The position numbers and the translations under genes are program-made. The notes below the pieces were generated by a model, which saw only the letters and a list, made by a program, of their open reading frames with translations, made no database searches and was not told where the DNA came from. Of a DNA stretch of 64,000 nt, positions 1 to 14,400 are shown piece by piece (positions within the stretch are counted from its first letter, which is position 1; every line of letters starts with the position of its first letter). Origin of the DNA: Chrysomallon squamiferum (taxonomy: Eukaryota; Animalia; Mollusca); NCBI GenBank assembly GCA_012295275.1, contig CM022671.1, forward strand, positions 24,490,001 through 24,554,000. The letters run 5' to 3'.

Positions 1-3000
1 AATCTGTAAAGAGTAACCCATGAAGTTGTATCAGCAGATGTATCATTCTTATTACCAAAAAAAAAAATTTTAACTTTAAAAAACAAACAAATAAACAGCA
101 AAAAAAAACACTAACAAAAAAAATGATAACTGTTCATCCATGTCCAGGAATTATTATAAATATAGAACATATTACAAAATTAACAATCTAACTTTGTTCA
201 TTCACTGATTCAGTCAACAACCTGGATGTCTTTCTCAGATAGAGATATAACAAAGCTTTTCTTTTATACTTTATCTTTTATTTTTATTTTATTTTTATCT
301 TAATCTGTCTTATACAAAGTCTTTCTTTTTCATATCATATTTTCTTTTCATTTTCCATTTTTCTTAACCTGTTTTATATGGCTTAATAGTTCTATAAATA
401 AAAGATAAACTAAAATACTTTTCTCAGTTCTTCCTGCTGTGCAAGGCTGCGTAGAGCTAAGAGAGCACTGACTTGAACACTGGACTGTGTGTCTGTGTGA
501 ACAATGTCAATCAGACTGAAAAATAAACACACATCACTGTTAATACTTCTCTGCTTAAACTCTGATAATTAAGTGTATAAAACACAGTCAGTGGTTTTGT
601 TTCTTCTTCCTTCTTTTTTTATGTGAGAATTGAAAAATGTAAATGGTGGAAGAATTCTTTTTTTTCTTTTTTTTTTTCTTTCTGTTTGCCAGGTTCAGTG
701 ACTTTTAGACGATTTTATTTTTTATGTATATTTTTCTTTGTTTCTTTGTTTGTTTATTAAACATTTTAACTTTTTTTATTTTTTTTTATAAATTTCTTTT
801 GTTGTTTTCTTTATCTGTCTAATTTTGGGAGTCTAGCTTCAACTACAATTATCCATGTATGTTATAAATGAATCAGTAATAACAATGATAAAGATTAGAA
901 CTACTTACTGCTGTATGACTTTTGCCTTTTTCATATCGGCACATAGGGAATTGGTGTGCATTCCAAGATTACCACAAGCACCTGAAAATGTAAAAGACAT
1001 GTCAACCAAACTGTAAACAAAGTTTCTTTATGTGTTTTAAAAATCACTTATGAGTAATGAACATATTAATGAGTTTCATAACACATTCTGCAGACAGGAT
1101 TTATTAAGTTTAAATATTAACTTGTTGTTGATCTTACAGGCCATTAAAAACACTACAACTTAAGTAAATTGACTACATGTTTCATCTACTGGGATAAAGT
1201 GTGTGCAGTAATTTGAAATATGAAATCATTATATTAATATTCTAAATTAACAAGTGAACTTGGTTATATTGTGTAAACTAAACATTCCTGATACATTCTG
1301 AGATATAAGCACTGGTTTCATCACTTTTACTTGGATGTCACAATTTTCAGTGTAATATTTATAACAATTTACAGGCTGCCTTTGCCTTAGTTTTAGTTAC
1401 ATGGCACTAATTTTCATTATATAACTGTTACTGGAAAACCGTATTAGTCTGTGTAAAATCTATTATAAAACTCACTGGCTGCATTTGCTCTGGTTTTAGT
1501 CACAGGGTCTCTGAGAAGATCAACCAAGTGAGGAATGGCAGACTTCAATTTGAGGTACAACTCACTGTTGTGATAACTGGCATTGCCAACTGCATAACTT
1601 GAACCCTGGAATTTAGATTATTATAAACAAATATGTTAAAATAATAAATAACAAATATGTTAAAATAATAAATAACAAATATGTTAAAGTAACTTGAATC
1701 AAGGAATTTAGATTATTATAAACAAATATATTAAAATAATAAATATGCATAACTCGAACCCTAGAATTTAGAACATTATTAACAAATATGTTAAAATAAT
1801 AAATATGATTAATTTGAACCCTAGAATTTAGATTATTATAAACACATACTTTAAAATAATAAATATGTGTAACTTGAACCTTAGAATGAAGAATATTATA
1901 AACAAATATCTTAAAATAAAAAAAATATGTTCCATGATATGAAGAAAACAGAATCCTTAAACAAAATATTTGATAGGAAAATATATTAATTATATTAAAA
2001 AAAATTTTTTTTTTAAAAGTAGCAACAAAATGGAAACTTCAGAGCACATGACAGAAAAAAAAAAGTGTTCTAACAGAAAGACAAACAGTATAGAAATATT
2101 AAAATGAAGTTGACTGTATCAAAATGCATTAAATAATGGAATCCCTTAATGAGATATATGCTAAAATATGCTAAATGTAAATAACAATAAAATGACATCA
2201 GAAAATTAATAAAGGATTCCCATACCAACAGAGAATTATAAACTAAGTAGATGACAAACTTATTTTTGTTTTCAAATTGAAAATTAAATTTATGAAACTT
2301 TTTACTTACCTTTCTAACATTTGAGTCCTCATCTTTCAAACATGCAATGAGTCCAGTAAAAATCTCATCTCTGTAAAACAACAGAAAATCAAACTGACAT
2401 TTTCTATATTTAAAGTATAAAATACAAGACACATGGGCTTCATCTAAATTTATTCTAATTAACAAATATTAAATACATATTATTATACACACTTTCATTT
2501 AAAAAATCAGTTAATGAAAAGTTGTTAGAGATATTTATGTAAAAGATTATTACTCTGTTTTGTGATTTTATTTTATTTTTTCAACACATTATTTGTCAAT
2601 TTTTGGATAATAAGTAAACCCAGAATTTCATTGTCTGATTTTTCAAGAATTGTTCAAATTATTTTCACATATTTATTATGACTTTTGATTAACAAAATAT
2701 CTTCTTTATACCTTTGCTTTAGGATGGGATAAAACTGTCCATCGTGTTTCATGAGGTTTCCAAGGAGACTGCAGGTTCGAGACTTCACAGCTTCAGAGTT
2801 GTGACTTATCAACGTACACAGTGGTTCATAATCACCTGAAAAGGTGAAAAAAAAAACAAGGAGAAATGCATGAGTGAATGAAAACACATACTTCATCTTT
2901 GAAAAAGAGGTCTCAGAGCACTGGATGGAAAGAGAAGTAGCCCAACAGGCTGACCAACAAGTACTGACTTTTTGTTTTGATATCCCAACAGGTCAGTGCT

Positions 3001-6000
3001 CTGACCACTAGACAAGTATTTTATTTTTGTCTTTCTGTCTCATTGGTAGTATTAAATACAGTAAAGCAGTTTGAGTGAAATCATTTTTATATTATATTAG
3101 CTTTGTTGACGTTAAAATTATATTTTCATTTGTAAATAATTGTATTTAAAAATCAAACCTTTGCTTCCTTTAAACACTGCCTTTACAAGGCCGATGTGTT
3201 CTGGTGAGGTTCTCACTAAGTGACTGCACACAGAAATAGTGTCACACACTACTGACAGTGGATTTGAGTCCTTGATTGCATTTGACAGAAATATCACTCC
3301 CTAAAATAAAATAATAATTTAAATTATTCAAAATAATAAATACAAAAAAAAAAGTGATCTTATGACTGCATAAATTTAAAAATATCAACAAGTTTGAAAT
3401 AAATTAATATTATCAAAACAAATTAAATGTAGTAAATGAAAAGAAAATTTAATACCTTGATTTCATCAATGGTTTCAGCAAACTGCTTGACAAAAATTCT
3501 ATTTCCAAGCACTAGTCTTGCTATCAAACCCATTGGAGTTTCCAAGTGCTCCTTACTTAGATATTTAGAACAAACAAACACAAGTCGAGGCAGAAGGTTT
3601 GTGGTATACAAGCAGCTTGAAAAATACACACAATGTGATATGTTTAATATTAAAACCAAAGTAGAATAAATAATCTTGTAATTTTAGAAGGAATTTAAAA
3701 ACTTTCACTCACATATACACACACACACACATATATATATATATTCATTCACCCTCACACACACATATACATATACACATGCACTGAAATAGACACTGTA
3801 ATATAAATTTTGATATATACAAACATGGCCATAACTAGACTCTTTTTGAAATGAGGCAAAAACCCTTAACTGCTGCATGGAGTGGGGCAAAACAATTTGG
3901 GCAACGGATCTGTGTACCTTACGTTGTCCCCAGAAGCTCCGACTTGAAAGACACAAAATAGTTATGGCCATGATATATATAATGTATTGTTTTATTCTTT
4001 TTGTTTTAATGGTGAAACAAATAATATTTCATTACAAAACAGTTTAAAATGAAGACTCAAGATTAAAAATTAATAATAATATATAAAATAATTTTAATTA
4101 CTGTTGTATTTCCATTAACAGCTCCTCATTTGCATCAACAGCAAATGGAAAACAACAAAGTTGTGTGATTTCTAGAATCATGTCAGTTATCAACTGCACT
4201 CCATCATTAACAAATCTGTTAAAAAAGAAAAAAACAAGATTAATATATAACAATCAAATAAAAAGAATATTAAGATTTATAAGATGGCAGTAGTATTATT
4301 AATTTGATTTTGAACACTTAACTTTAACAACTGAATCTATAAAGTATTTTACTTCATACTAAGCTTCATATATAGTACATAAGTATCAAAGTATTTCAGA
4401 TAAACATTCACAGAGATAAATCTGATAATTTTCTATAAGTAAGTATTAAATGAAAATAAATAAATAAATAAACAAAACAACAAATAAATAAATGAGCAGA
4501 AGACTTTCTCTGTAACAATCTAATCACTTCAAAGATTACTTTTAAAAATAGCAAAACCATACAACAATCTTAAGCAATATTTTATTATACTCAACACCTA
4601 ATTAAGAAAAAAAAATTCAAAACATTAAAATTATTCATACCTATACAAAGGTGCACATGAAAGAATTTTAAGAAAAACAAACTATGTTAAACTCACCCTT
4701 CAACTACAGTCTGAAGAAACTCCTTGTGCAAGACATGAACCATAGTTAACATAACAATACTGTCTGCAGCAGCCAGGTTTGGGATACACTGGTAAGTTTC
4801 CTACAAACAAAAATAAAAAATAATAATAACAACAGAAAATAAATCAAAATAAATTAGTAACATTTAATTTACATAATTTGTTATAATGCAGACTTCCCAT
4901 TTATACTAACAGACTCACTTAATCTCAGTCATATCGGATTTTTTTTTTTTTTTTTTTAAATTATTATTAATTAATTTATTAATTAAAACAATTGAATAAT
5001 TATAATGTAACACTTACTTTAGCAAAGACAGACACAGCCATCTGCAGCACAGCCATCAGTCCTTGGGGAGAAACCAGATTCCAGTCTGGTGGTGAGAAGC
5101 TGGCGACAATCTCATTGTCACTCTCCATGTCATGAACTGGCATGTTTGTCGTCATGTCGGTGACATGTAGTGCCTGGGCTACACGGTGCCACAGAGCATT
5201 CCATATACCACTTTCTATGTAGAGCTGAGCAACTGGAACATCAGCCTGAAATCAGAGAAAAACATTAATAAATCAATGTTCACTGAATTCCATGTTTACA
5301 TAAATGTATGGCTGAAGTATAGATTTTTCTATGAGTAATCCTGAAAACTGGTCTCTATGTCAACCTGAAATTAGTGGAGAGTAAACACTTTATGAAAATC
5401 AATCTTGTTAACATCGTGTCTTCCACATCCCTCTATTTGTGTTGAGCTGAATCAAAGGAACTGAAGACTAAAGACAGACAAACGAGAAAATGCTGCTTTT
5501 GCCATGCTAAGACATTATATCAATACATTAATAATATCTCAGACTTCAGTATGTTTATGTCTGAAACTACTTTATGTTAATGTCTGACTTTTTCAACATG
5601 TTAATGTCTGAGTTTTCTAGTGAATGTAATAATGGGAATACAAATTTACTGACTGACATTAGTCAGAAACATTTCTTAAATCTCTGATGTCTGACAAACT
5701 GTCACATTTTTATTGCAAAAGCATAAAAGAATCTATGTTTTAGTAGAGATGATAGAAATGAGATTACCTGAGCCAGTAGTTCACACAGAAGTAATAACAA
5801 GCCATCCAGAACTCCATAGTCAAAAGGACATCGTACACATATCTGTAAAATAATAAGAAACGTTTTTGACTTTATATTAGAAATAATTTAAAATGTGTAG
5901 ATTCAGAATATTAGATCCTAAATTAAACTGTATCATTCAAATGCTAATGAAAATTTTAACTGTTAACATAAATATTTCAGTTTTATCTTTTATTTTATGA

Positions 6001-7239
6001 ATTTATTATTATTGCTTTGATTTTTTCCTTTTTTGTTGCTATTTTAGGTACCTGTTTTCATCTTGTATTCAATTATTACAGAATATTTTAGTTTTTGTTT
6101 ATTATAATACAGATTATAAGTTAAAAATTATGGTATTTATTATGGTCAGAAATTAACACTCACCTCTGCTAAATCTGTGAAGACAGCTAAACAAGCCTGC
6201 AACATTTCCTCTGGCTGGACTTCAACAGCAACACCACAGTAAACCATCTGACTGAACAGCAATGCAGCTGCAGCCTGAGATAAACATAGAAATAAAACTG
6301 ATTATTTTGGTATAATATTGATAACTTTAGTATTAATAAATTAAAATTTAAAATTAAATAATTGAAAAACCCAGTCAGGTTATAAACGTAGGACTCTTAT
6401 AATTTAACTTTTACAATAATTTAGGAAAAGGATTAAAAATAATCACTAAAAAGTTAGGGGTTTTATTGAGTTGGGAATAATGGTAGAAATTGATTACTTC
6501 TGAATTTTTATGTTATGTGCATAGAAACATACTCTTGGAAAAAGCTTGTTTTGCATTATTGATGTTATCCTAGCATAAATAAAAAATAAAATACGCTATT
6601 AACTTTTAAAAATATTTGTCATATCAGTATGTAAATATATAATAAAAAATTTCAAAATTAATAAGATTCATAAATACCGTGTGACTTGCAATTGTTGAAT
6701 CCAAGAAAAAGGAGACCATCATGCCTGCTGCTTCATTCAAACTGAAAGATGGAGAATAAAATATAAAAATAAAACCAGTGTTTAATAAGAAATAAACTAA
6801 TAATTTGGAAGTGTACAAATTATAATTAGGCTATTTGTTTTTCCATAGAACATATTAAATTAGAAATGCAGTAACAAACAACTTTATTTTAATATTTACT
6901 TTAATTAATTAAATTAATTTTTATAAACTTACATGACAGGTATTTTCTGCAGCTGAATAATGATTGTGCTGAAAATGTGAAGAACCATTTCTGTCACAGT
7001 GTTTACCTCCATGTCTGCTATGTCAACCTAATTGTGAAAAATTATAAATGTTAACTCATAAATATTATATTGCTCTGATTATAGGAAAAATAAATTGTTC
7101 AGAAATACATGAAATCAGTAACAAATCATTAACAAAGTAAAATTATTACTAGATCAGTTTACACTCATAATATATTTATATCCATTTTTATACATACATA
7201 CACACAAGTATATATGTACACAAACATATATATGTACAA

Positions 7240-7296
<57 letters not shown>

Positions 7297-10200
7297 TATA
7301 TATATGGTATATATACGTACATATATCTATCTATATATACACAGACACACACATACACACACACAGATATATATATGTATATGTATATTACTCGAACAAT
7401 AATACTACAAACATGAATGATGTACATATATATATACATTTATATTTGTATGTATTTATGCATATATGGTTGGGTGTGCATGTTCTTTTATGAGTGTTAT
7501 ATATGCATGTGCATGTATGTAGATATGTATAAATATGAAAAGTTTAAATATGAAATGAAAATTATACCAAGTTATTTTACAGTCTAAAATAATACCTTGC
7601 CCATGAGAATGCCAAGAAGAGACTCAAGATGGCTGACGTTATCGGAGAGAAATGAACAGAAGTTAGAAGAAACCTGGCAACACGAATAGGCAACCTGCAA
7701 AAACAAAATGCACAGATATGTAAAAATAAAATTTCTTCTTTTAAATGTCTTCTTCATTTAAATTTTCAAAATTTTATAAAATCAATACACATTAAATGGT
7801 CTTTTATTTAAATATTATACTGTCTTCTGATATATAATTTTTAAAATCATCAAAAAGTGACATATAAATAGATAAAAAAGAAATAATAAAAAAATCTGTA
7901 ATTACTCTAAGAATAGCACTACAGGCAGATGGATGTCTCAACAACAAGAGGAAATCGTTTGTGTTCTGCTCTTGGCTTTTGGAGGCCATCTTTTCACCCA
8001 GATACTGTGCTGCCTAAAATTGGAAAAATTCAAACAATGTTATTATTATTATTATTATTATAGTAATAAATGCTTTCATTATAACTAAAAACAAGTTTCT
8101 TTTAATATAACTGAAATGAATCTAAAATACATAATTAAAAACAATTGCAATATAATATTTTTGAGGGGGTTTTGGGATGGGTTTTTTTATTATAAATCAT
8201 AAAATTTACAAATAAAAAATAGTTTAAAATGTAAAGTCTCTTAAATTGTTGATTTTTAACAAAACAAAACATTATTTAGAAATAAATATTTACAATCATT
8301 GTTTTTCTCTGAATGTCACATACTAATCAAGATTAAAACAAAATCTGACTGAAGCTTAATTTACTTTGATTACAGACAAAAGAATCAATTAGGATACCTT
8401 TCTCTTGCCTTCACTGCCACTGTTTGGACCAAGAGGTATAAATAACAGTGAGGAGAGACATCCAGCACAAATTGTAATCATGTTCTCATATCTCTCTGAT
8501 GCCATGTCAACATCTCCCTCAGCAAGTTCTACAAATACAGACAGCATATTAGAGTGTCAGATAGGCCGATGTGCTGAACAATATTACAAGATGAGTAAAA
8601 AAACGTGGTAAATTTTAACTTTATAGAATTATCTCATCATAACAAGATTCATGGAAGCATGTGCTAAAATATTTAAAGATTTATTTTTTTAAAAGCTTCA
8701 TTATGGACAGGTATTTATTTCAATAATTCACCTACGGTAATTTATTAAACAAATAAATGTCTAATTTGGAATAATATTAAAAATGAATTAATTTTTGATC
8801 TGTTAGGATTATTGTAAAAAAAAAAGTATATAAAAAAATAGAAGTGCACATGTGTGTGTGCACACATACACAAAGATTCATACAGATATACCATTATTTA
8901 AAAATTGAGACAATGGATTTACAATCATGCTTGTTTCACATACATTCATGTAACTGCAGGTTGACTGATAATCCATCAGGCTACCTAAACAACTGAAAAT
9001 ATATGAATTTACCTTTAAGTCTGATCAGGCCAGCAGGGTCAGGCTGAGTTCCCTGTAGAGCAGCATCCAGTACAGCTGTGTGTTTTGTGGCAAACCCACT
9101 AAAATACTGCTGAGCCAGTTTCAGAGAGTCTCTGTCCATAGTGTCACTCAGATACACCAAACACTTCAAAAAGTAAAATTAATAACAGCATAATGTATTT
9201 CTTCTTTAGACACACAAACACACAGACACACACACACACACACATATATACACACACACACTCACATTCATATATAACACACACACTCACACATACATAT
9301 ATAACACACACACACACACATATATACATATAAGAAAGAGAAAAAAGATAGATAGGCATATACAGACAGACAGACAGACAAACAGACAGTCATACAGAGA
9401 GACAGATATATGCATACATTTCAAATGAAATCATGAAATCTTACATAAATAAGAAACAAATGAAAATAAAATTTCAACAGCAAGCAGTAGATTAAATGCT
9501 GTTAAATAAATTTATTATTAAAAACATATATTAGGACAGAGCTTGTTCAATTAACTGGACAAAGAAATAAAAAATAAAATTGAAGTAAAAAAACTGGGAT
9601 GAAAATGGCTGTTACGATAATAATATCAGAATACAGTAGTAATATACCAGAGTGGTTTGTTCTCTCAAACGTAAGTCTTCATCCACTTGTTGGTACATCA
9701 GTTTTGGAACCAAAGTCAAAAATTTCTGAGTAGCCTCATAAAACTCTTCAGCACTGTAACAGATTAAATATTAAGACATGATAACATATAATATTATAGT
9801 TTGAAAGTACTTATAAGAAATATAATTATGAATGAAAATATCAGTTTTTTACAAGTGACTATGAACAAGAAAATAAAAAATCATAATTTTATTTTAACAT
9901 TATGATAATATTTTGTTTATCAGGATTTTTTCTGCTTGTTTTGTTACACTTCTTTTCTTTTTCATTAGTTCTTTTCTCTTTCTTTTTATTTTATTTTGTT
10001 TTGTTTTGTTTTGTTTTATTTCTTTTCATTTTATTTTATTTTATTTTATTTTATTTTATTTTATTTTATTTTTTATATAGTATAACATCTTTTAATTTCT
10101 GGAGAATAATAGTTAAATATCCAAGAAATACTTTATAATTTAATAACTGGTGAATAAAATCAGTCATATAAATAATACTTACATTTCTTTATCCAGTCTT

Positions 10201-11388
10201 TCACTCCAACCTATTTCACTAGCAAAATAAGCATTTATTGCTATAACCAAGTCTATCAAAATCTGCTGACACCAAGGTTGCTGAAAATATAAAGTAATAT
10301 TTTCAGAATTATATAAAATACATGTAACTGCAGTTTTCTGAAACAAATACCCTATGTACAATGACATCAATTTCAAGAATCTCATCATAAAACATATTTT
10401 CAGTAAAAATATAAAATGATACCCATTCTTTCAGAAAGCTCCGATGACATTTAATTTTTTAAACAAACAAAAAAGTCTAACAAATCCTTGTTTAAAATTG
10501 ATTATAAACAAGATAACACTTTTAAATGCTTTTTAAAAAATAATCATAAATATTTTTATACCTCTTTCACTGTGGACTTCTCTAGAATTTCAGACAAAGT
10601 ATTGTGAATCCTGCTTGGTAAGGATATGGCTTTCACAAATGAAATTATCTTAAAAGCTTCACTGAAATTCAAAATGAAAATAGGATTTCTGAACAATTCA
10701 AGCAATATCATTTTCACAGATGGTAACTAGCTACAAATTGTTGATTAAACTTTAATTTTATAGTTATTTCAATGACTCACATATTTAACTGATACATAAA
10801 TGATGCTGTAAAAAAAAAAAAAAAAAAAAAAGGAATTACTTAGGACAATGATAACAATAATCTTCAACAGACTGTAAATTATATTATTAATAATCGAGAA
10901 AAATAGTTTATCAATAAATGAAAATGTAGATTTAAGAAATGGAGAAACATGTATAAGAACAATAGAATAAAATTTCTTACCATTTGATTGTTACAAGGTT
11001 GGTGACCACTCGCAGGACAGTGCGCAGACGTGAAGCCCCCTCTAACATGCCATCCAACACCTGAGCCATGCTCGTTTGCATCCGTGAGTTCAGTTTGGCA
11101 ATAAACTTGTCGTCGTTAAACATGTGTATCATTGTCTCTGGATCATTTTCTAGATCTGTGGCCTCCATTAATGACTGCCATTCATCTTCACTGTCAATAT
11201 CCTGACAGAGATATAATACATGTAAGTTGTACGATGCAAACAAGGAAAACTTCTAAAACCTGTTGTAAAAATATTTTATGCAATTATTTTATCAAAAGAA
11301 GGAGCTGTAGATGGATGATCAAAACACAGGTCTAAAGCATGATGAGCCCACGGAATGAATCCTATTTTTTATCAATATATATATAAAC

Positions 11389-11427
<39 letters not shown>

Positions 11428-14400
11428 AAATCAATTGCTGCTGCTGTTAAAAGAAGCATTTGGAATGGTTGCAGCAAGTATTTCTTCCCAGATAATAATT
11501 ATACAAAATATATGTATATAATCTTTTTTTTTCACTACATTTAAGTAATTACCTCCCCTTCAAGCTTAACATTCTCCATGTTTTTTTTCACAGGTGGTGG
11601 GTTTTTGCGTAGAGTTCTTCGACCTTCTATTTCAATGCTAGGATATTCTTTGTGGTAATCTTTACTGATACGATCTGAGCGAGGTGTGGGATCAACAGAC
11701 TGAAACAAAGTGTCAAAAATCAAATACTAACATACTACGATTTTTATTAATTACATTAAATTTTACACTGTTGGCACAGAAATGAGACTGGCAGCAAAGT
11801 CCAGATCAATAAGAGGATCATGAATAACTCTGACAGATAATTCTGTAATGGTATAAAAATGGTATCTTCTCCATTCCAGATTTCATAACTTTAAAATTAT
11901 TTATGAATTGTCCACATCAAACATTTTGTTCAGTGAAAAATGGAGACAGGATGATTACTACATTTTTAAGTTTTCCACATTCTAGAATGTACAAAAGCCT
12001 ATTAGTAATTTATTGTTTTCTGGTATGTTTTTCATATTCAGAAAAATAATTTCATATTTTATTTCAAATTAAACTTACCTGTATACAGAGAGATACAACA
12101 GATATAAAAGCTACTATGCTAGATGAAATTAAAAAGAAACTAATTTTTTCAGTAGAAACTAAAGCAAAATGTAAAATATTTAATCAGTGGAAATCAAGCA
12201 GAACTTCAAAATCTGAGTCATGATAAATAGTAAAAAATGTTAGCATTTCAACAGTTGATATGGAATTAAATAATTTAGAATTTCTACTATGGTATGTTTT
12301 TCAAATTTGAGAAGGTTATACAAAATATTAATTATAATATTAACTTGATATTAAAATTTTACTTATTAATTAAAATATATTTATTTGTTTTAAGATCTGT
12401 AAGATAATATGTTTATTACTAACAAATGGATCTCTGGTAGATATGAATGAAAGAACTTAAACAGATTGTGTACAGTTACCAAGATAATGATTCATTTGCT
12501 ATTAATAAAATATGATATTCATCTTTTTTCTGTGGTATTATTATTATCTGAAGATCTAGAAGAAAATTGGTAAAGGGTTTCTATCCTCCAATCTAAAGAG
12601 GAGGATTCTTTTTTCTACTTTATTATTATCATAAATATGAAGGAAAATATAGAAAAAAAAACCAACAGTTTACATATACTTAGGTTATTTGAACTAATGC
12701 TATATGCTTTTGCTGAAAGCAAGTAAGCAAAACACAAAACAGCTTGACTACAGCCACCTTAAAGAGAAAAGAAAGTTGAAAGAAAAAAAAATTGTTTACA
12801 ATAATATTACCTCTGCATTTGATGGAACCTGTTTGTTAAAATATAAAAATAATAATAACGTGAAAATATGACTAACATTGTTGCTCATTAAATTTTCCTG
12901 TTAAGACAGTATAAGCATCATGTCTTTAATATTTTTGTGAATAAAAATATAAAATGAAGTAACAAAAGAATTACAGGGTTCAAATAGTTTTAAAAATAAA
13001 AATAATTGCTGCTTATCAAATCTTTTTATTAATAATTTTATAATAATTAAAAAAAAGAGAAAAAAACATTTTTAAAGTGTTTAAAAAATTTAATCTTTTA
13101 AAACCTACCTTGCTTGTTCCAGTCCCTTCCCAGTCTTGTGAATGTGGCCGATCTGTATGGACTGGAATAACCGGTTCTGTCTGCCCTTCTTTCTCACCTA
13201 CCCACGCCTGAGGTTTTGCTGGTTTCTGTGGCAAAGAAAATAAAAATAATTTTTATAATGCTTAAACAAATATTTATTTCCATATGTAAATTAATTCAAA
13301 ATGTAGTAGAAAATGGGTCCAGAACTGCATGGCAGTTTGAGACAAACAGAGCAGATATGTAAGTTAATATATAAAATATAATATATAATGTAGCAATAAA
13401 ATACAATGAGTGGTTCAACTAGTTTTCTATAATTAATATATGCATTTCACAGACATATGATAATTTAATGAGTGAAGTCAATACTTGTTAATACTAGTTA
13501 CAAATAATTCTCTTTTCACATTAACTTGATGACTTTGTTTTATACATTCTCTTAATATTAAAATAAATACAAAATTATTGAACCTTTTTCCCTTCTTCCT
13601 CCAGTGCTTTCTTTCGAGCTTTAGCCAGAATTTTGGAGGTTCCTGGGAGATGAGCTTTTTCTTTTGCTTGCTTCTCTTTAAGCATTATCATTGATGCTGT
13701 CAGAGGCTGTGTGAATGGACTCTGAAGTAGAGTATCTTCTTCAGAGACTGAAAATATTTGTTTTTGTTATTTTAGTATTTATTTTGTTTTAATATACATT
13801 ACTCTATGTAAAAATTACTTTCACAGTATGAACAAACTTAAATATATTTTATATTCGTTCAGTTATTATTAAAATGAAATTTACTGACATTATTTTTAAT
13901 CAAAATATATCTCAATATAACTAAACAATAAGAGAAATATGAATGTTATTACAGAATTAATTATTTTATTATTTATTTTACTAAATGCAGAAAAAGGAGA
14001 TAAATCAGGGCAACCACTAAATATTATTTTATTTTAACTATGAAACTGTTGGTTAAACAGTTAAAGTCATGGTAACATTCAAACATATCGCTTTCAATAA
14101 TATGTATAACCAATCGGTTTTCAATAATATCATGCTACTATCATGTTCATGAAGTCTAAATTAATTTTATCATTTAATTCAAAGTAAATCAAAACACAAA
14201 CACATTTTAAATTCAGTTATATGCATAAATTCTTTACAAACAAAATTTCACAACAAAGAAAAAAAGAAATGAAAAACAAAAAAGATTAATTTGGAAAATT
14301 ACCTTTCACATCATCTGATACAAATGGATGATGCAATAAGTCTGGCCAAGAAAGTCTATTCTTAGGATTCTTGTTCAACAATCCTTGCAAGAAATCCTTG

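Noticed and set aside
1593-1929. Regularly spaced repeats as a possible CRISPR array
   Set aside because: Eukaryotic intron with head-to-tail units, no unique spacers and no cas genes; it is a minisatellite.
5480-5720. Repeated ATGTCTGA/TCAGAC words in an STK36 intron
   Set aside because: Irregular spacing and no termini; probably a decayed repeat that cannot be supported as a feature.
7188-7439. ORF-track ORFs made of YI/CV/HT/ER/LLL runs (also 3705, 9144, 9902, 18683, 18821, 19819, 19932, 22242, 22308, 61933, 62616)
   Set aside because: Translations of microsatellites or low-complexity AT tracts; no splice context or domain.
8388-8397. STK36 donor GTATCCTAAT resembling a U12-type 5' splice site
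   Set aside because: It deviates from RTATCCTTT at +8/+9, and there is no TCCTTAAC branch site near the acceptor at 8014. Treated as U2-type; at most a converted relic.
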